Assembly: GCA_964550015.1 (NCBI GenBank)
Contig: CAZJXV010000003.1
Span: 1-40,902, forward strand
Direction of reading: 5' to 3'
Origin: an uncultured Verrucomicrobiota bacterium
GTDB lineage: Bacteria; Auribacterota; JABMQX01; JAFGEW01
Length of the DNA stretch: 40,902 nt
Numbering within the stretch: the stretch's first letter is position 1; each line of letters starts with the position of its first letter. Positions 22,385 through 31,692 of this stretch are shown piece by piece. The notes below the pieces were generated by a model that saw nothing but the letters and a program-made list of their open reading frames with translations, ran no database searches and was not told the DNA's origin. The position numbers and the translations under genes were made by a program.

Positions 22385-22413
22385 TTGACACCCCTACAAT
22401 CGTTGTTATTCTA
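22385..22413 (+). promoter_or_regulatory. Candidate promoter for the MarR-led operon
   Basis: TTGACA is followed by 16-17 nt and then TATTCT/ATTCTA. It lies about 100 nt upstream of ATG 22510. The -10 match is weak. Confidence 0.3.
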
Positions 22414-22509
22414 ATGATTTGAGTTGAAACGATCACAGCCGGAATCCACGGGTCGAAAGACGGAAGGCATTCCTGTAACACCTTCCAGTGGATGGAATAA
22501 GGATCTACT

Positions 22510-23205
22510 ATGGTGTCTCGTGGCGATACTGGTTCTCGCGGCGATCAGCCGAAGGCCAATCCAGGGCACAAAGCTGATGCGGACCCCGGCGGTCACGCGT
22601 CTGAAGCAGGGTCGGTCGTGCCGCTTGTTGAGGCTCCCGAGATTCGATATGACCTGCGGGTTCTCGAGTCGCTGCGTCGCATCATCCGCGCGCTTCACCT
22701 GCATTCTCGGAAGCTCGCGGCCGAGCACGACATCACAGCTCCCCAGCTCCTGTGTCTCATGACTGTGGCCCAGGAGGAGTTCCTCGGGGTCGCGTCAATC
22801 GCGCGGCGGGTGCATCTGAGTTCCAGTACGGTGATCGGCATTCTTGATCGGCTGGAGAGCAAGGGGATGGTATTGCGCGAAAGAGACAAGCAAGATCGCC
22901 GCCTTGTCAACGTGATGGCGACCGAACGCGGGCGCGAGCTCGTGGCGATGGCCCCATCGCCGCTCCAGGGTACGCTGGTTGAGGCGCTCAGACAGTTGCC
23001 CCAACTCGAGCAGTCAACGATTGCCCTCTCGTTGGAGCGCATTGTGGACTTGATGGAGGCGAAGGAGATTGCGCCGGCGCCGTTTCTTGATGCCGGCGTC
23101 GAGGCTAAGCCCTTGCCGGAAGAGAAGGCCCGCAGCCCTCAGCAGGGCGAAGTCATCGATCCCGCAACCGACGTTTCCACAGGGGGCGGCACGAACCGAC
23201 CTTGA
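22510..23205 (+). CDS. MarR-family transcriptional regulator with a roughly 45-aa N-terminal extension
   Basis: Winged-helix MarR core: ITAPQLLCLMTVAQEEFLGVASIARRVHLSSSTVIGILDRLESKGMVLRERDKQDRRLVNVMATERG. An AAGGA RBS is present. Confidence 0.85.
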   Translation: MVSRGDTGSRGDQPKANPGHKADADPGGHASEAGSVVPLVEAPEIRYDLRVLESLRRIIRALHLHSRKLAAEHDITAPQLLCLMTVAQEEFLGVASIARRVHLSSSTVIGILDRLESKGMVLRERDKQDRRLVNVMATERGRELVAMAPSPLQGTLVEALRQLPQLEQSTIALSLERIVDLMEAKEIAPAPFLDAGVEAKPLPEEKARSPQQGEVIDPATDVSTGGGTNRP

Positions 23206-23286
23206 GGCCGTCGCCCGCCGTTCCGAGGAAGCGCCAAGGTCTGACACCCACTAGGGAACTAACTCACTGAGAAGAAAGGTAGACGG

Positions 23287-24795
23287 ATGCCAATCATTGC
23301 TGAGAAACAGCGGCAAGGAGTCGTAGTAAAACCTCATTCCCGGCTTTCCGAGTCGGCTGTTGAGCTCATTGACGAGGTCTCGCGCGATCTGCTGCTGGAG
23401 CCGGGCCTGCTCTGCTGGAACGCCGAAGCCGCAAGGATCTTCGAGCGAAGCGGCGCAGCCGTGGAGGATGCCGGGGACTGCCTGCGCATCCGTATTCCGC
23501 CGGTCATCATTGACTGGGCGGTCGACGCAGCGCCGTCTGAAGTGGTTTTGGGGGCCCGGGATCCCGAGAACCGTCTGATCCTCGATGCCGATGAGCCACG
23601 AGTGCGCTTCGGCAGTGGCTCGGAGGCGAACATCTGGCTGGATGTGCGATTCGAGGACAGGACGCCCACGTTCGTGCGGCGCGAGGGTTCGATTGAGCGC
23701 CTGTGCGCAGCGGCGCACCTCGCAGAGAACCTCGAGCATCTCGACTTCTTCCTCCGCTGCGTCAACATCCGCGACAAGGAGATCAACAGAGAAAACAAGG
23801 ATGTCAACAAGTTCCTGGCCAGCCTGAATAACACGACGAAGCACGTTCAGGCCGGCCTGACCGACGTGGACGCGCTGGATCACGTCATTCGGATGAGCGA
23901 GATCATCGCCGGGGGTCCCGACGCGTTCCGCGCCAACCCGCCGATTTCCTTCATTACGTGTGTCATCAAGAGTCCGCTGCAGATGGTGGACGACACCGCC
24001 ACCACGCTCATTGAGATCTCGAAGCGCCGGGTGCCGGTCGTCATCTCGAGTTGCCCGATGGCGGGCACGACCGCGCCGTTCGACGAGTTCGGGCTGGTGG
24101 CCCAGATCAACGCCGAGGTGCTCGCCGGCGTTGCCCTGAACCAACTGGCCGCGCCGGGGGCGCCCGTGCTTTACGGCGCGGTCGCTTCGCGTAGCCGGCT
24201 CGATAATCTCAACGACATGTACGGTGCGCCGGAGTTCAACCACTACCTGCTCGATGCGGCGCAGATGGCGCGTCACTACGGTTTGCCGTGCTATTCGAGC
24301 GCGGGCGTCGGGGACACGAGCGTGCCGGGCATCCAGGCCACTGCGGAGAAGATGCTCACGCTGTGCGGCGTTCCGCTTGGCGGGCCTCAGTACGTGCACT
24401 ACGCGTTCGGCTTGCTCGAACGCACGAACGTGTTCTGCCCCGAGCAGGCCATTCTCGATGATGCGCACATCGGCATGATCAAGCGCGCCCTCAAGGAGCC
24501 TGACATCACGCGCCAGGACCACGACCGCGTGGTGAGCGTGGTGAGAGAAGTGATGGCGAGCGATCACAGAACGTTTATCTACCACCTGCCGCTCCCCACG
24601 AGGGAGCCCACCTATGTGTGCTATCCGCTTGAGGATGATGGCGGCGGCGCGCTGCGGGCCGCTCACGAGCAGTACAGGGCAATCATGGATCGGCCGCGCT
24701 GCTCGCTTCCCGAGGAGATGCTGCGGGAGATTACCGCCTCGATTCCAGGGATCCTGCCCGACGCGATTGGTTCCACAAGGCACGGAGGCCGATGA
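23287..24795 (+). CDS. Trimethylamine methyltransferase (MttB) family protein, non-pyrrolysine type
   Basis: Uninterrupted 502 aa. Family-typical block GAPVLYGAVASRSRLDNLNDMYGAPEFNHYLLDAAQMARHYGLPCYSSAGVGDT. Tyr312 (TAC) sits immediately before GAPE. Confidence 0.85.
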   Translation: MPIIAEKQRQGVVVKPHSRLSESAVELIDEVSRDLLLEPGLLCWNAEAARIFERSGAAVEDAGDCLRIRIPPVIIDWAVDAAPSEVVLGARDPENRLILDADEPRVRFGSGSEANIWLDVRFEDRTPTFVRREGSIERLCAAAHLAENLEHLDFFLRCVNIRDKEINRENKDVNKFLASLNNTTKHVQAGLTDVDALDHVIRMSEIIAGGPDAFRANPPISFITCVIKSPLQMVDDTATTLIEISKRRVPVVISSCPMAGTTAPFDEFGLVAQINAEVLAGVALNQLAAPGAPVLYGAVASRSRLDNLNDMYGAPEFNHYLLDAAQMARHYGLPCYSSAGVGDTSVPGIQATAEKMLTLCGVPLGGPQYVHYAFGLLERTNVFCPEQAILDDAHIGMIKRALKEPDITRQDHDRVVSVVREVMASDHRTFIYHLPLPTREPTYVCYPLEDDGGGALRAAHEQYRAIMDRPRCSLPEEMLREITASIPGILPDAIGSTRHGGR

Positions 24796-26087
24796 TGAGA
24801 GAGACGATGGCTGATTCACAGATGGCTGCCTACAGCGAGGCCGTTCGGACCGGGATGTATGCCAAGGCGTCCGGCCTCGAGGGCAAATACGACAACGTGC
24901 GCCGGTTCTGGGAGGACGAACTCACCCAGCGCCACCTGCGCCCCCACATTGAGGCGCTGATCGAACGGACCCGCGCGAAGGGCCGGGGCGTGCGCATTAT
25001 GGACCTCGGCTGTGGCAGCGCCGACGGCTACGAGCTGCTCCGGGGCATCCGGCAGCGGGACGCAAACCTGATCGACCTGGATGTGAGCGTGCTCAATGGC
25101 CAGTGGCTCGAGCTGTATTGCGGCGTCGACCTCAATGACGATTTACTCGAACAGGCGTCCGACATCTATAGTGGCAGTCCTAGGATGCGGTTCGAACAGG
25201 CGGATTTCACCCGCGGTTTAGGGTTCGGGCGCGACCGCAGACCTTACGACCTCTATCTCATGACTTACGGGACGACCTCGCACCACACCGACGACGAAAC
25301 GCTGATCGAGCTCTTCGTGGAGATCGCCGACCGTGCGCGCGACCACTGCTTCGTCGTGTGCGACTGGCTGGGCCGGTACTCGTACGAGTGGCAGACGCTG
25401 TGGGCAAAGGACCTCGCACAGAACCGCAACATGGACTACGTGGTCTCGTACATCTACGACGAGGAGGAACGCGAAGCCCGGCGCGATGAACTCGACCACC
25501 TCACCTTGCGCCTGATGAGCCGAGACGAGATTGATCGTATCGTCAGCGAGGCCGGCCGCCGTTCGGGCGTCCCGATCAAGCCGCTGGAGTTTTTCGACCG
25601 TTCGACCTTTGTCGGGCGCCACATGGACACGGGCGACTACAACCCTCACGCCCAGCCGATTCGCAAGGCGATCAACTCCCTGCTCGAACGCAACACGCGC
25701 ACCTCGCTTGAGTCGTTACTGATTGACTATGTGCCGAAGTCCGGGTTCGGTTTTCCGAACAACTACTTCGAGGAGGTCGCGTCGTGCTGGAATGCTCTGG
25801 TCGAGTATGTCGGCCAGCTGCTCGAACTCTACGACGAGCAGGGCCGCCGCTACCGGCCCAGCCTGCCGTCGCATGCCGAGCCATATCCGCCGCCGCTGTG
25901 CCGGATGATGGCGCGCATGCAGGTCGTCGTCGGACACGTTGGGTGGCTCGATACGTGCCGGCCCCGCGAGAACATCATCGAGCCGCAGCTCGCCAAGGCG
26001 CTGCGCCGGCTCGTGACAGAGCTCCAGCAAGGGCAGGGCTGCGCGCACGGGCTGGTCGGCGTCTTCGAGGTCGAGAAATCGGGTTGA
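24792..26087 (+). CDS. Class I SAM-dependent methyltransferase with a long C-terminal extension
   Basis: Motif I is VRIMDLGCGSADGYELL and a post-I acidic residue is present (GVDLNDD). The ATGA start overlaps the upstream stop. Confidence 0.8.
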   Translation: MMRETMADSQMAAYSEAVRTGMYAKASGLEGKYDNVRRFWEDELTQRHLRPHIEALIERTRAKGRGVRIMDLGCGSADGYELLRGIRQRDANLIDLDVSVLNGQWLELYCGVDLNDDLLEQASDIYSGSPRMRFEQADFTRGLGFGRDRRPYDLYLMTYGTTSHHTDDETLIELFVEIADRARDHCFVVCDWLGRYSYEWQTLWAKDLAQNRNMDYVVSYIYDEEEREARRDELDHLTLRLMSRDEIDRIVSEAGRRSGVPIKPLEFFDRSTFVGRHMDTGDYNPHAQPIRKAINSLLERNTRTSLESLLIDYVPKSGFGFPNNYFEEVASCWNALVEYVGQLLELYDEQGRRYRPSLPSHAEPYPPPLCRMMARMQVVVGHVGWLDTCRPRENIIEPQLAKALRRLVTELQQGQGCAHGLVGVFEVEKSG

Positions 26088-26126
26088 CCTGGCTGAAGGC
26101 ACGGACACACGCGCGTCGAAACGACC

Positions 26127-26882
26127 ATGATCCAGATCACATCGGTTTCGAAGAGCTACGACGGTGTCTCGTACGCCGTCAGAGATCTCTCGCTCGAGGT
26201 GACTGAGGACGAAACGCTCGTGCTGCTTGGCTCGTCGGGCTGCGGCAAGACGACCACGCTGAAGATGATCAACCGCTTGATCGAGCCGACGAGCGGCACC
26301 ATCCTGGTCGACGGCGAGGACATCAGGGCTCAAGACCCCGTCGCGCTGCGGCGCCGTATCGGCTACGTGTTTCAGGGCATCGGCCTGTTCCCGCACATGA
26401 CGGTCGAGTCGAACGTCTCGATCGTGCCCCGGCTTCTCGGCTGGCCTGCTGCCAGGCGGGGAGAACGCGCGCACGAGCTGCTCGAGCTCGTCGGCCTCGA
26501 GCCGGGCGAGTACGCTGAGCGCTATCCTCGCGAGCTTTCCGGCGGCGAGCAGCAGCGCGTCGGCGTGGCCCGATCGCTCGCCACCGATCCCGAATACCTG
26601 CTGATGGACGAGCCGTTCGGCGCGCTTGACGCGCTCACCCGCGACCAGCTCCAGCAGGAGCTGTTGGCGCTCAAGGCGCGGCTCAAGAAGACCATCGTCT
26701 TCGTCACCCACGACATTTTCGAGGCGCTGACGCTCGCCGACCGGATCGCCGTGCTGCACGAAGGCCACCTCGAGCAGGTCGGCACGCCTGACGAGATGGT
26801 GAACCGTCCGGCCACCGACTTCGTGCGCGAGTTCTTCGGCAAGCCGGCCCAGCAGCTCGCCGCCTTCAAGGAGATGCTCTGA
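26127..26882 (+). CDS. ABC transporter ATP-binding protein (osmoprotectant/quaternary-amine uptake type, no CBS domains)
   Basis: Walker A GSSGCGKTT, signature LSGGEQQRVGVARSL and Walker B LLMDEPFGALD are all present. Only 251 aa. Confidence 0.9.
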   Translation: MIQITSVSKSYDGVSYAVRDLSLEVTEDETLVLLGSSGCGKTTTLKMINRLIEPTSGTILVDGEDIRAQDPVALRRRIGYVFQGIGLFPHMTVESNVSIVPRLLGWPAARRGERAHELLELVGLEPGEYAERYPRELSGGEQQRVGVARSLATDPEYLLMDEPFGALDALTRDQLQQELLALKARLKKTIVFVTHDIFEALTLADRIAVLHEGHLEQVGTPDEMVNRPATDFVREFFGKPAQQLAAFKEML

Positions 26883-28495
26883 TGCTGGCGGCCGTCACGT
26901 GGGGCGAGTTCCTGGCCAATCGCATGCACGAGCTCTGGCTGCGGCTCGGCGAGCACATCGTGCTGGTGAGCATCTCGGTGTTCGCCGCCATCTGCATCGG
27001 TGTTCCGCTGGCCATGCTCGCCTTTCGCCGCCGATGGACCCAGACGCCGGTGCTGGGCGTCGTCGGTGCGTTTCAGACGATCCCGAGCATCGCCATGCTG
27101 ACCATTCTCCTGGTGTTGACCGGCAAGACCAAGGACATTCCGGCGCTGATCGCGCTCACGCTCTACGCGCTGCTGCCCATCGTGCGCAACGCGTTGGCCG
27201 GCCTACAGGGCGTCCGGCCCGATGTGATCGAGGCCGCACGCGGCGTCGGGATGACGCCGCGGCAGACGCTCTGGATGGTGCGCGTGCCGCTTGCGATGCC
27301 CGTCATTGTGGCCGGCATCAAGACGGCGGCCGTCATCGCCGTCGGTATCGCCACGCTATCGGCCTTCATCGGCGCCGGCGGCCTGGGCAAGTTCATCAAC
27401 GCCGGCTTATCTATGAAGAACACCAAGCTCATGGTGCTCGGGGCCGTGCCGTCGGTCATCCTGGCTTTCGTCGTCAGCGGCGCGATCAGCGCGTCCGAGT
27501 GGGCCCTCGCCCCGGGAGTGCGCCGCCGAAAGCGAGGCGTCGCCGGCAAGGCTGCGAGGCATCTGGCCATCTCACTCCCTTTGCTGGTGGTGGCGTTCGG
27601 TGTTCTGGCTTCCGTATGGAATCCGTTTCCCAAACGGCGCCGCGCGGTTGAGATTACGCACCGGATCGGCATGCCCGGTACAGTGCGCATTGCCACAAAG
27701 AACTTCACCGAGCAGTTTGTCGTCGGCGAGATGATGGCCCAACTGCTCGAGGCGCGAACGCGGCTCACCGTCAAGCGCGATTTCAACCTCGCCGGCACGA
27801 TGATCTGCCACGAGGCGCTGGTCCACGGCGAGGCGGACCTCTACCCCGAGTACACGGGCACGGGGCTCACGGCGATCCTCAAGGCCGAAGTCATCGCCGA
27901 TCCGCAGAAAGCCTACGACAAGGTGTCGGAGGCCTACCGCGAGAAGTATGGCCTCGTGTGGCTCGAGCCGTTCGGTTTCAACAACACCTATGCGATCACG
28001 GTGCGTGCCGCTGATGCCGACGAGCACGGCTGGACGACGATCTCCGATCTCAAGGACGACGCAGAGGAGCTGCGCGCCGGCTTCACGGCCGAGTTCTCCG
28101 AGCGGCCCGACGGCTATCCGGGCCTTCGGGCCGTCTATGACATCGACTTTGGCAGTGTGGACGACTTCGACCCGCAGCTCATGTACGACGCGATCGCTCA
28201 CAACGAGGTTGACGTCATCTGCGCGTTCGCCACCGACGGCCGCATTGCCGCCTACGAGCTCAAGCCGCTCAAGGACGACTACGGCTTCTTCCCGCCGTAC
28301 TACGCCGCTCCCGTCGTGCGGGCCGAGTTCCTTGAGGAGCACCCGGAGGTGCGGCACGTGCTGGCCGCGCTGGCCGGGCGGCTCGACGACGCCACCATGC
28401 AGCGGCTCAACTACGAAGTGGATGAAAACAAGCGCGACCCCGCCGACGTGGCCTACGAATACCTCGTCGAGCAAGGCCTGCTGAAAGGAGACTGA
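26882..28495 (+). CDS. Fused ABC permease / OpuAC-type substrate-binding protein (glycine betaine/choline/carnitine family)
   Basis: The N-terminal half has about 6 TM helices with an EAA-like loop (VIEAARGVGMTPRQTLWMVRVPLAMP). The C-terminal half is TVRIATKNFTEQFVVGEMMAQLLEA...GEADLYPEYTGTGL, typical of OpuBC/OpuCC-like binding domains. The start overlaps the upstream stop by 1 nt. Confidence 0.85.
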   Translation: MLAAVTWGEFLANRMHELWLRLGEHIVLVSISVFAAICIGVPLAMLAFRRRWTQTPVLGVVGAFQTIPSIAMLTILLVLTGKTKDIPALIALTLYALLPIVRNALAGLQGVRPDVIEAARGVGMTPRQTLWMVRVPLAMPVIVAGIKTAAVIAVGIATLSAFIGAGGLGKFINAGLSMKNTKLMVLGAVPSVILAFVVSGAISASEWALAPGVRRRKRGVAGKAARHLAISLPLLVVAFGVLASVWNPFPKRRRAVEITHRIGMPGTVRIATKNFTEQFVVGEMMAQLLEARTRLTVKRDFNLAGTMICHEALVHGEADLYPEYTGTGLTAILKAEVIADPQKAYDKVSEAYREKYGLVWLEPFGFNNTYAITVRAADADEHGWTTISDLKDDAEELRAGFTAEFSERPDGYPGLRAVYDIDFGSVDDFDPQLMYDAIAHNEVDVICAFATDGRIAAYELKPLKDDYGFFPPYYAAPVVRAEFLEEHPEVRHVLAALAGRLDDATMQRLNYEVDENKRDPADVAYEYLVEQGLLKGD

Positions 28496-28499
28496 CCGC

Positions 28500-29996
28500 A
28501 TGCCGGGCATTGCAGGAATCATCGGAGCCAAGGCGACCCAACAGCGCATAGGTGCCATGCTGAGCAAGCTGCGCCACCGCGGACCCGACGACCAGTGGTC
28601 GGTTGCGAACGAGGGCGTCGCTCTCGGCACGTGCATGCCCAACCTGGGCACGGAAAAGGGGCTGGCCCACGCCGAGTCCGACGGGATAACGGTCCTGTTT
28701 GATGGTGAGATCTACAACGACCGGCCCGTTGGTGCCGCTGACGTCGAGGTCGCCCTCGGCATGTACACAAAGCACGGCCGCACGTTCGCCAGCCGCCTGC
28801 ACGGCGTGTTCGCCTGCGCCATCGCCGATGGTGACGAGATCATCCTGGCGCGCGACGCGGTCGGTGTCCGGCCGCTGTACTGGGGGACGGATGAGGCGGG
28901 CTCGACGGCGTTTGCCTCGGAGCTCAAGGCGCTCAGCGGGCTCGTGAGCGACATCCGGGAAATGCTTCCGGCCACCGTGGTCTCGTCGCGGACCGGGCTC
29001 CAACCGTATCTTCCCGCGTATCCCGAGGTCGTTGTGCCAGACTCGCTCGACGAAGCGCGCGACATGCTGCGCACGCTGCTTATTCGGGCGACGGAGCGCC
29101 GCTTGGCCGATGGCCGCGTGGGCGGCATGCTGCTCAGCGGCGGTTTGGACAGCTCGATCATTGCCGCCATCGCCCACGAGCTCGACCCGCGCTTGCCGGC
29201 ATTCACCGTCGCCATGAAGGGGGCGCCGGATTTGCAGAATGCGATCCGAATGGCCAAGCACCTCGGCGTCGAGCACACGGTGCGGCTGTTCGAGCCCGAG
29301 GATATCAAGACGCTGGTGCCGAAAGCCGTCTATGCGCTCGAGTCCTTCGACGAAGATTGCGTCAGCGGCGCCATTGCCAACCTCATCGCGTCACGGCTCG
29401 CCTTCGAGCACACCAACTGCATCCTGAGCGGCGAGGGAGGCGACGAGCTGTTCGGCGGCTACCTGATGCTCAAGGACTTCGAGACCGAGCACGAGCGCAA
29501 GCAGTGCATGGAAAACCTGATCGCCGTGGCCTACAACACGGCACTCCAGCGCTTGGACCGCGCGATGATGCACAACTACATCAACTACCGGACGCCGTTT
29601 CTCGATTCCGAAGTGATCGCTCTCGCCCTCCAGCTCCCGATCGACTGGAAGGTCCATGACGCGGGCAACGGCGCGCTCATTGAGAAGTGGATCCTGCGAG
29701 AAGCGTTCAAAGACATGCTGCCCGAAGCCATCTACCGGCGCGAGAAGAGCCGCTTCTCGCGTGGCACGGGCGCCGACGTGGCGATCGAGGCGCTGGCTGA
29801 GGAGATCGGCTCGGCCGAGGAGTTCACCGCCCACGGCGGACGCACACCGATGGGTTACCAGCTCCAGTCGGCCAAGGAGCACTATTACTACAAGCTCTTC
29901 AAGAGCTACTTTCCGGATCCCGCCTTCGAGGCCCTCGTCGGGCGCTGGGATCCAGCCAAGGGCCCGGTAACGGCGCCGTCCACGGCCGGCGCGTAG
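28500..29996 (+). CDS. Asparagine synthetase (AsnB) superfamily protein lacking the N-terminal Cys nucleophile
   Basis: Starts MPGIAGIIG (Pro instead of Cys2). The RLSI.D glutaminase motif is degenerate (ALGTCMPNLG). The PP-loop LLSGGLDSSIIAAIA is retained. Confidence 0.8.
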   Translation: MPGIAGIIGAKATQQRIGAMLSKLRHRGPDDQWSVANEGVALGTCMPNLGTEKGLAHAESDGITVLFDGEIYNDRPVGAADVEVALGMYTKHGRTFASRLHGVFACAIADGDEIILARDAVGVRPLYWGTDEAGSTAFASELKALSGLVSDIREMLPATVVSSRTGLQPYLPAYPEVVVPDSLDEARDMLRTLLIRATERRLADGRVGGMLLSGGLDSSIIAAIAHELDPRLPAFTVAMKGAPDLQNAIRMAKHLGVEHTVRLFEPEDIKTLVPKAVYALESFDEDCVSGAIANLIASRLAFEHTNCILSGEGGDELFGGYLMLKDFETEHERKQCMENLIAVAYNTALQRLDRAMMHNYINYRTPFLDSEVIALALQLPIDWKVHDAGNGALIEKWILREAFKDMLPEAIYRREKSRFSRGTGADVAIEALAEEIGSAEEFTAHGGRTPMGYQLQSAKEHYYYKLFKSYFPDPAFEALVGRWDPAKGPVTAPSTAGA

Positions 29997-30045
29997 GACA
30001 CATACCCGAGCCAACGAAGACGGATTCAACGGAGACGGCCGAGCA

Positions 30046-31587
30046 ATGTGCGGCATCACAGGCATCTGGGGGCAGGCGGACAACGACCTCGTCGAGGAAA
30101 TGACGGAGCGGATGGCCCACCGCGGTCCCGACGCGCGGGGTACTTTCGCGAGCGGCGCGGGCGCGCTGGGCCATTGCCGCCTGTCCATCATGGACCCGCA
30201 GGGAGGCGATCACCCGATCTACAGTGACGACCGGTCGAAGGCCATCATCGGTAACGGCGAAATCTACAACTACCCCGAGCTGCGCCGGGCGCTCGCTCCC
30301 CAGGTCGAGTTTCATACCGGATGCGATACCGAGTCGGCACTGCACCTGTTCGAGACCGTAGGCACCGACGCGGCGAGCCGCCTGGACGGCATGTTCGCGC
30401 TGGCGATCGCCGACGGGAACGATCTCTACCTTGCGCGCGACCCGATCGGCATCAAGCCGCTGTACTACAGCCTCGCGGACGGCCGTGTCGTTTTTGCCTC
30501 GGAGCTGAAAGCGCTCGTCGGCCTGGTGGACGAGGTGAGTGCGTTCCCGCCTGGCTCGTGGTACCACACGCGATACGGTCTGCGCTCCTACTATACCGTG
30601 CCGAGGCACCAGCCGGTTGACGCGCCGCCTGAAGAGCACGCCCGGGCATTGCGAACCACGCTCGAACGCGCCGTCGTCAAGCGCCTCATGAGCGATGTGC
30701 CTGTCGGTGCCTTCCTGTCCGGCGGTCTCGATAGCTCGATCATCGCCGCGCTCGCGCGGCCCCACCTCGACGAGCTGCACACGTTCTCCGTGGGCTTCGA
30801 GGGCAGCCCCGATCTCGCGGCCGCGCGCCGCGTCTCACGCGTGCTCGACACGGTGCATCACGAGTACGTTATCAGTACCGACGAGCTCCTCGACAAACTG
30901 CCCGAGATCGTCTATCACCTCGAATCGTACGACCTCGATCTCGTGCGCAGCGCGATCCCATGCTACTTCACCGCCCGGCTCGCGGCCGAGCACGTTAAGG
31001 TGATCCTTACCGGCGAGGGCGCCGACGAGCTGTTCGCCGGGTACCGCTACTACCGCGACATCGAGGACGGCCGGAGGCTTCATGACGAGCTCCGCCGCTC
31101 GGTGCTCACGTTGCACGACGTCAACCTGCAGCGCGTGGACCGGCTCACCATGGCCCATTCGGTCGAGGGGCGCGTGCCGTTTCTCGACGCCGAGATGATC
31201 GAGCTCGCGCAGCGCATTCCGCCCGAGCAGAAGCTGCACCGGCAGAACGGCGACGTAATCGAGAAGTGGATTCTGCGCACCGCCTGTGAGGGCCTGCTCC
31301 CCGCCGAGATCGTCTGGCGCGACAAGGCCCAGTTCGACGAGGGCAGCGGCACGGTCGCCGCCCTCGGGTGGACCGTTGGACGCGCCATGACGACGGGTGA
31401 ATCGTTCGAGTATGCGACGGGCTACCGCGACGCCAACCTGCGCTCCCCCGAGGAGTGCTTCTACCACAAGCTCCTGCGCGAGGCGTACGGCGACGCCGAG
31501 GTGATCTTCAACAACGTTGCCCGCTGGGCCATGCGTCCGACAGCCACATCGAGCGGTTCTCAATCGAGTTACCCGAGCAGCCGGTGA
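30046..31587 (+). CDS. Glutamine-hydrolysing asparagine synthetase homologue (canonical Ntn Cys)
   Basis: Contains MCGITGIWG, HRGPD, LGHCRLSIMD, NGEIYNY and the PP-loop FLSGGLDSSIIAALA. Confidence 0.85.
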   Translation: MCGITGIWGQADNDLVEEMTERMAHRGPDARGTFASGAGALGHCRLSIMDPQGGDHPIYSDDRSKAIIGNGEIYNYPELRRALAPQVEFHTGCDTESALHLFETVGTDAASRLDGMFALAIADGNDLYLARDPIGIKPLYYSLADGRVVFASELKALVGLVDEVSAFPPGSWYHTRYGLRSYYTVPRHQPVDAPPEEHARALRTTLERAVVKRLMSDVPVGAFLSGGLDSSIIAALARPHLDELHTFSVGFEGSPDLAAARRVSRVLDTVHHEYVISTDELLDKLPEIVYHLESYDLDLVRSAIPCYFTARLAAEHVKVILTGEGADELFAGYRYYRDIEDGRRLHDELRRSVLTLHDVNLQRVDRLTMAHSVEGRVPFLDAEMIELAQRIPPEQKLHRQNGDVIEKWILRTACEGLLPAEIVWRDKAQFDEGSGTVAALGWTVGRAMTTGESFEYATGYRDANLRSPEECFYHKLLREAYGDAEVIFNNVARWAMRPTATSSGSQSSYPSSR

Positions 31588-31692
31588 ACGTCGGCAGAGG
31601 GAGAAAAGCTAAACCTCTCGCTCGCACGTGCGGTTCGGTAGGGTGAACGGCAGAGCAATTCGGACTGTGCACGGCGCTCGTGGGAGGCTGAT

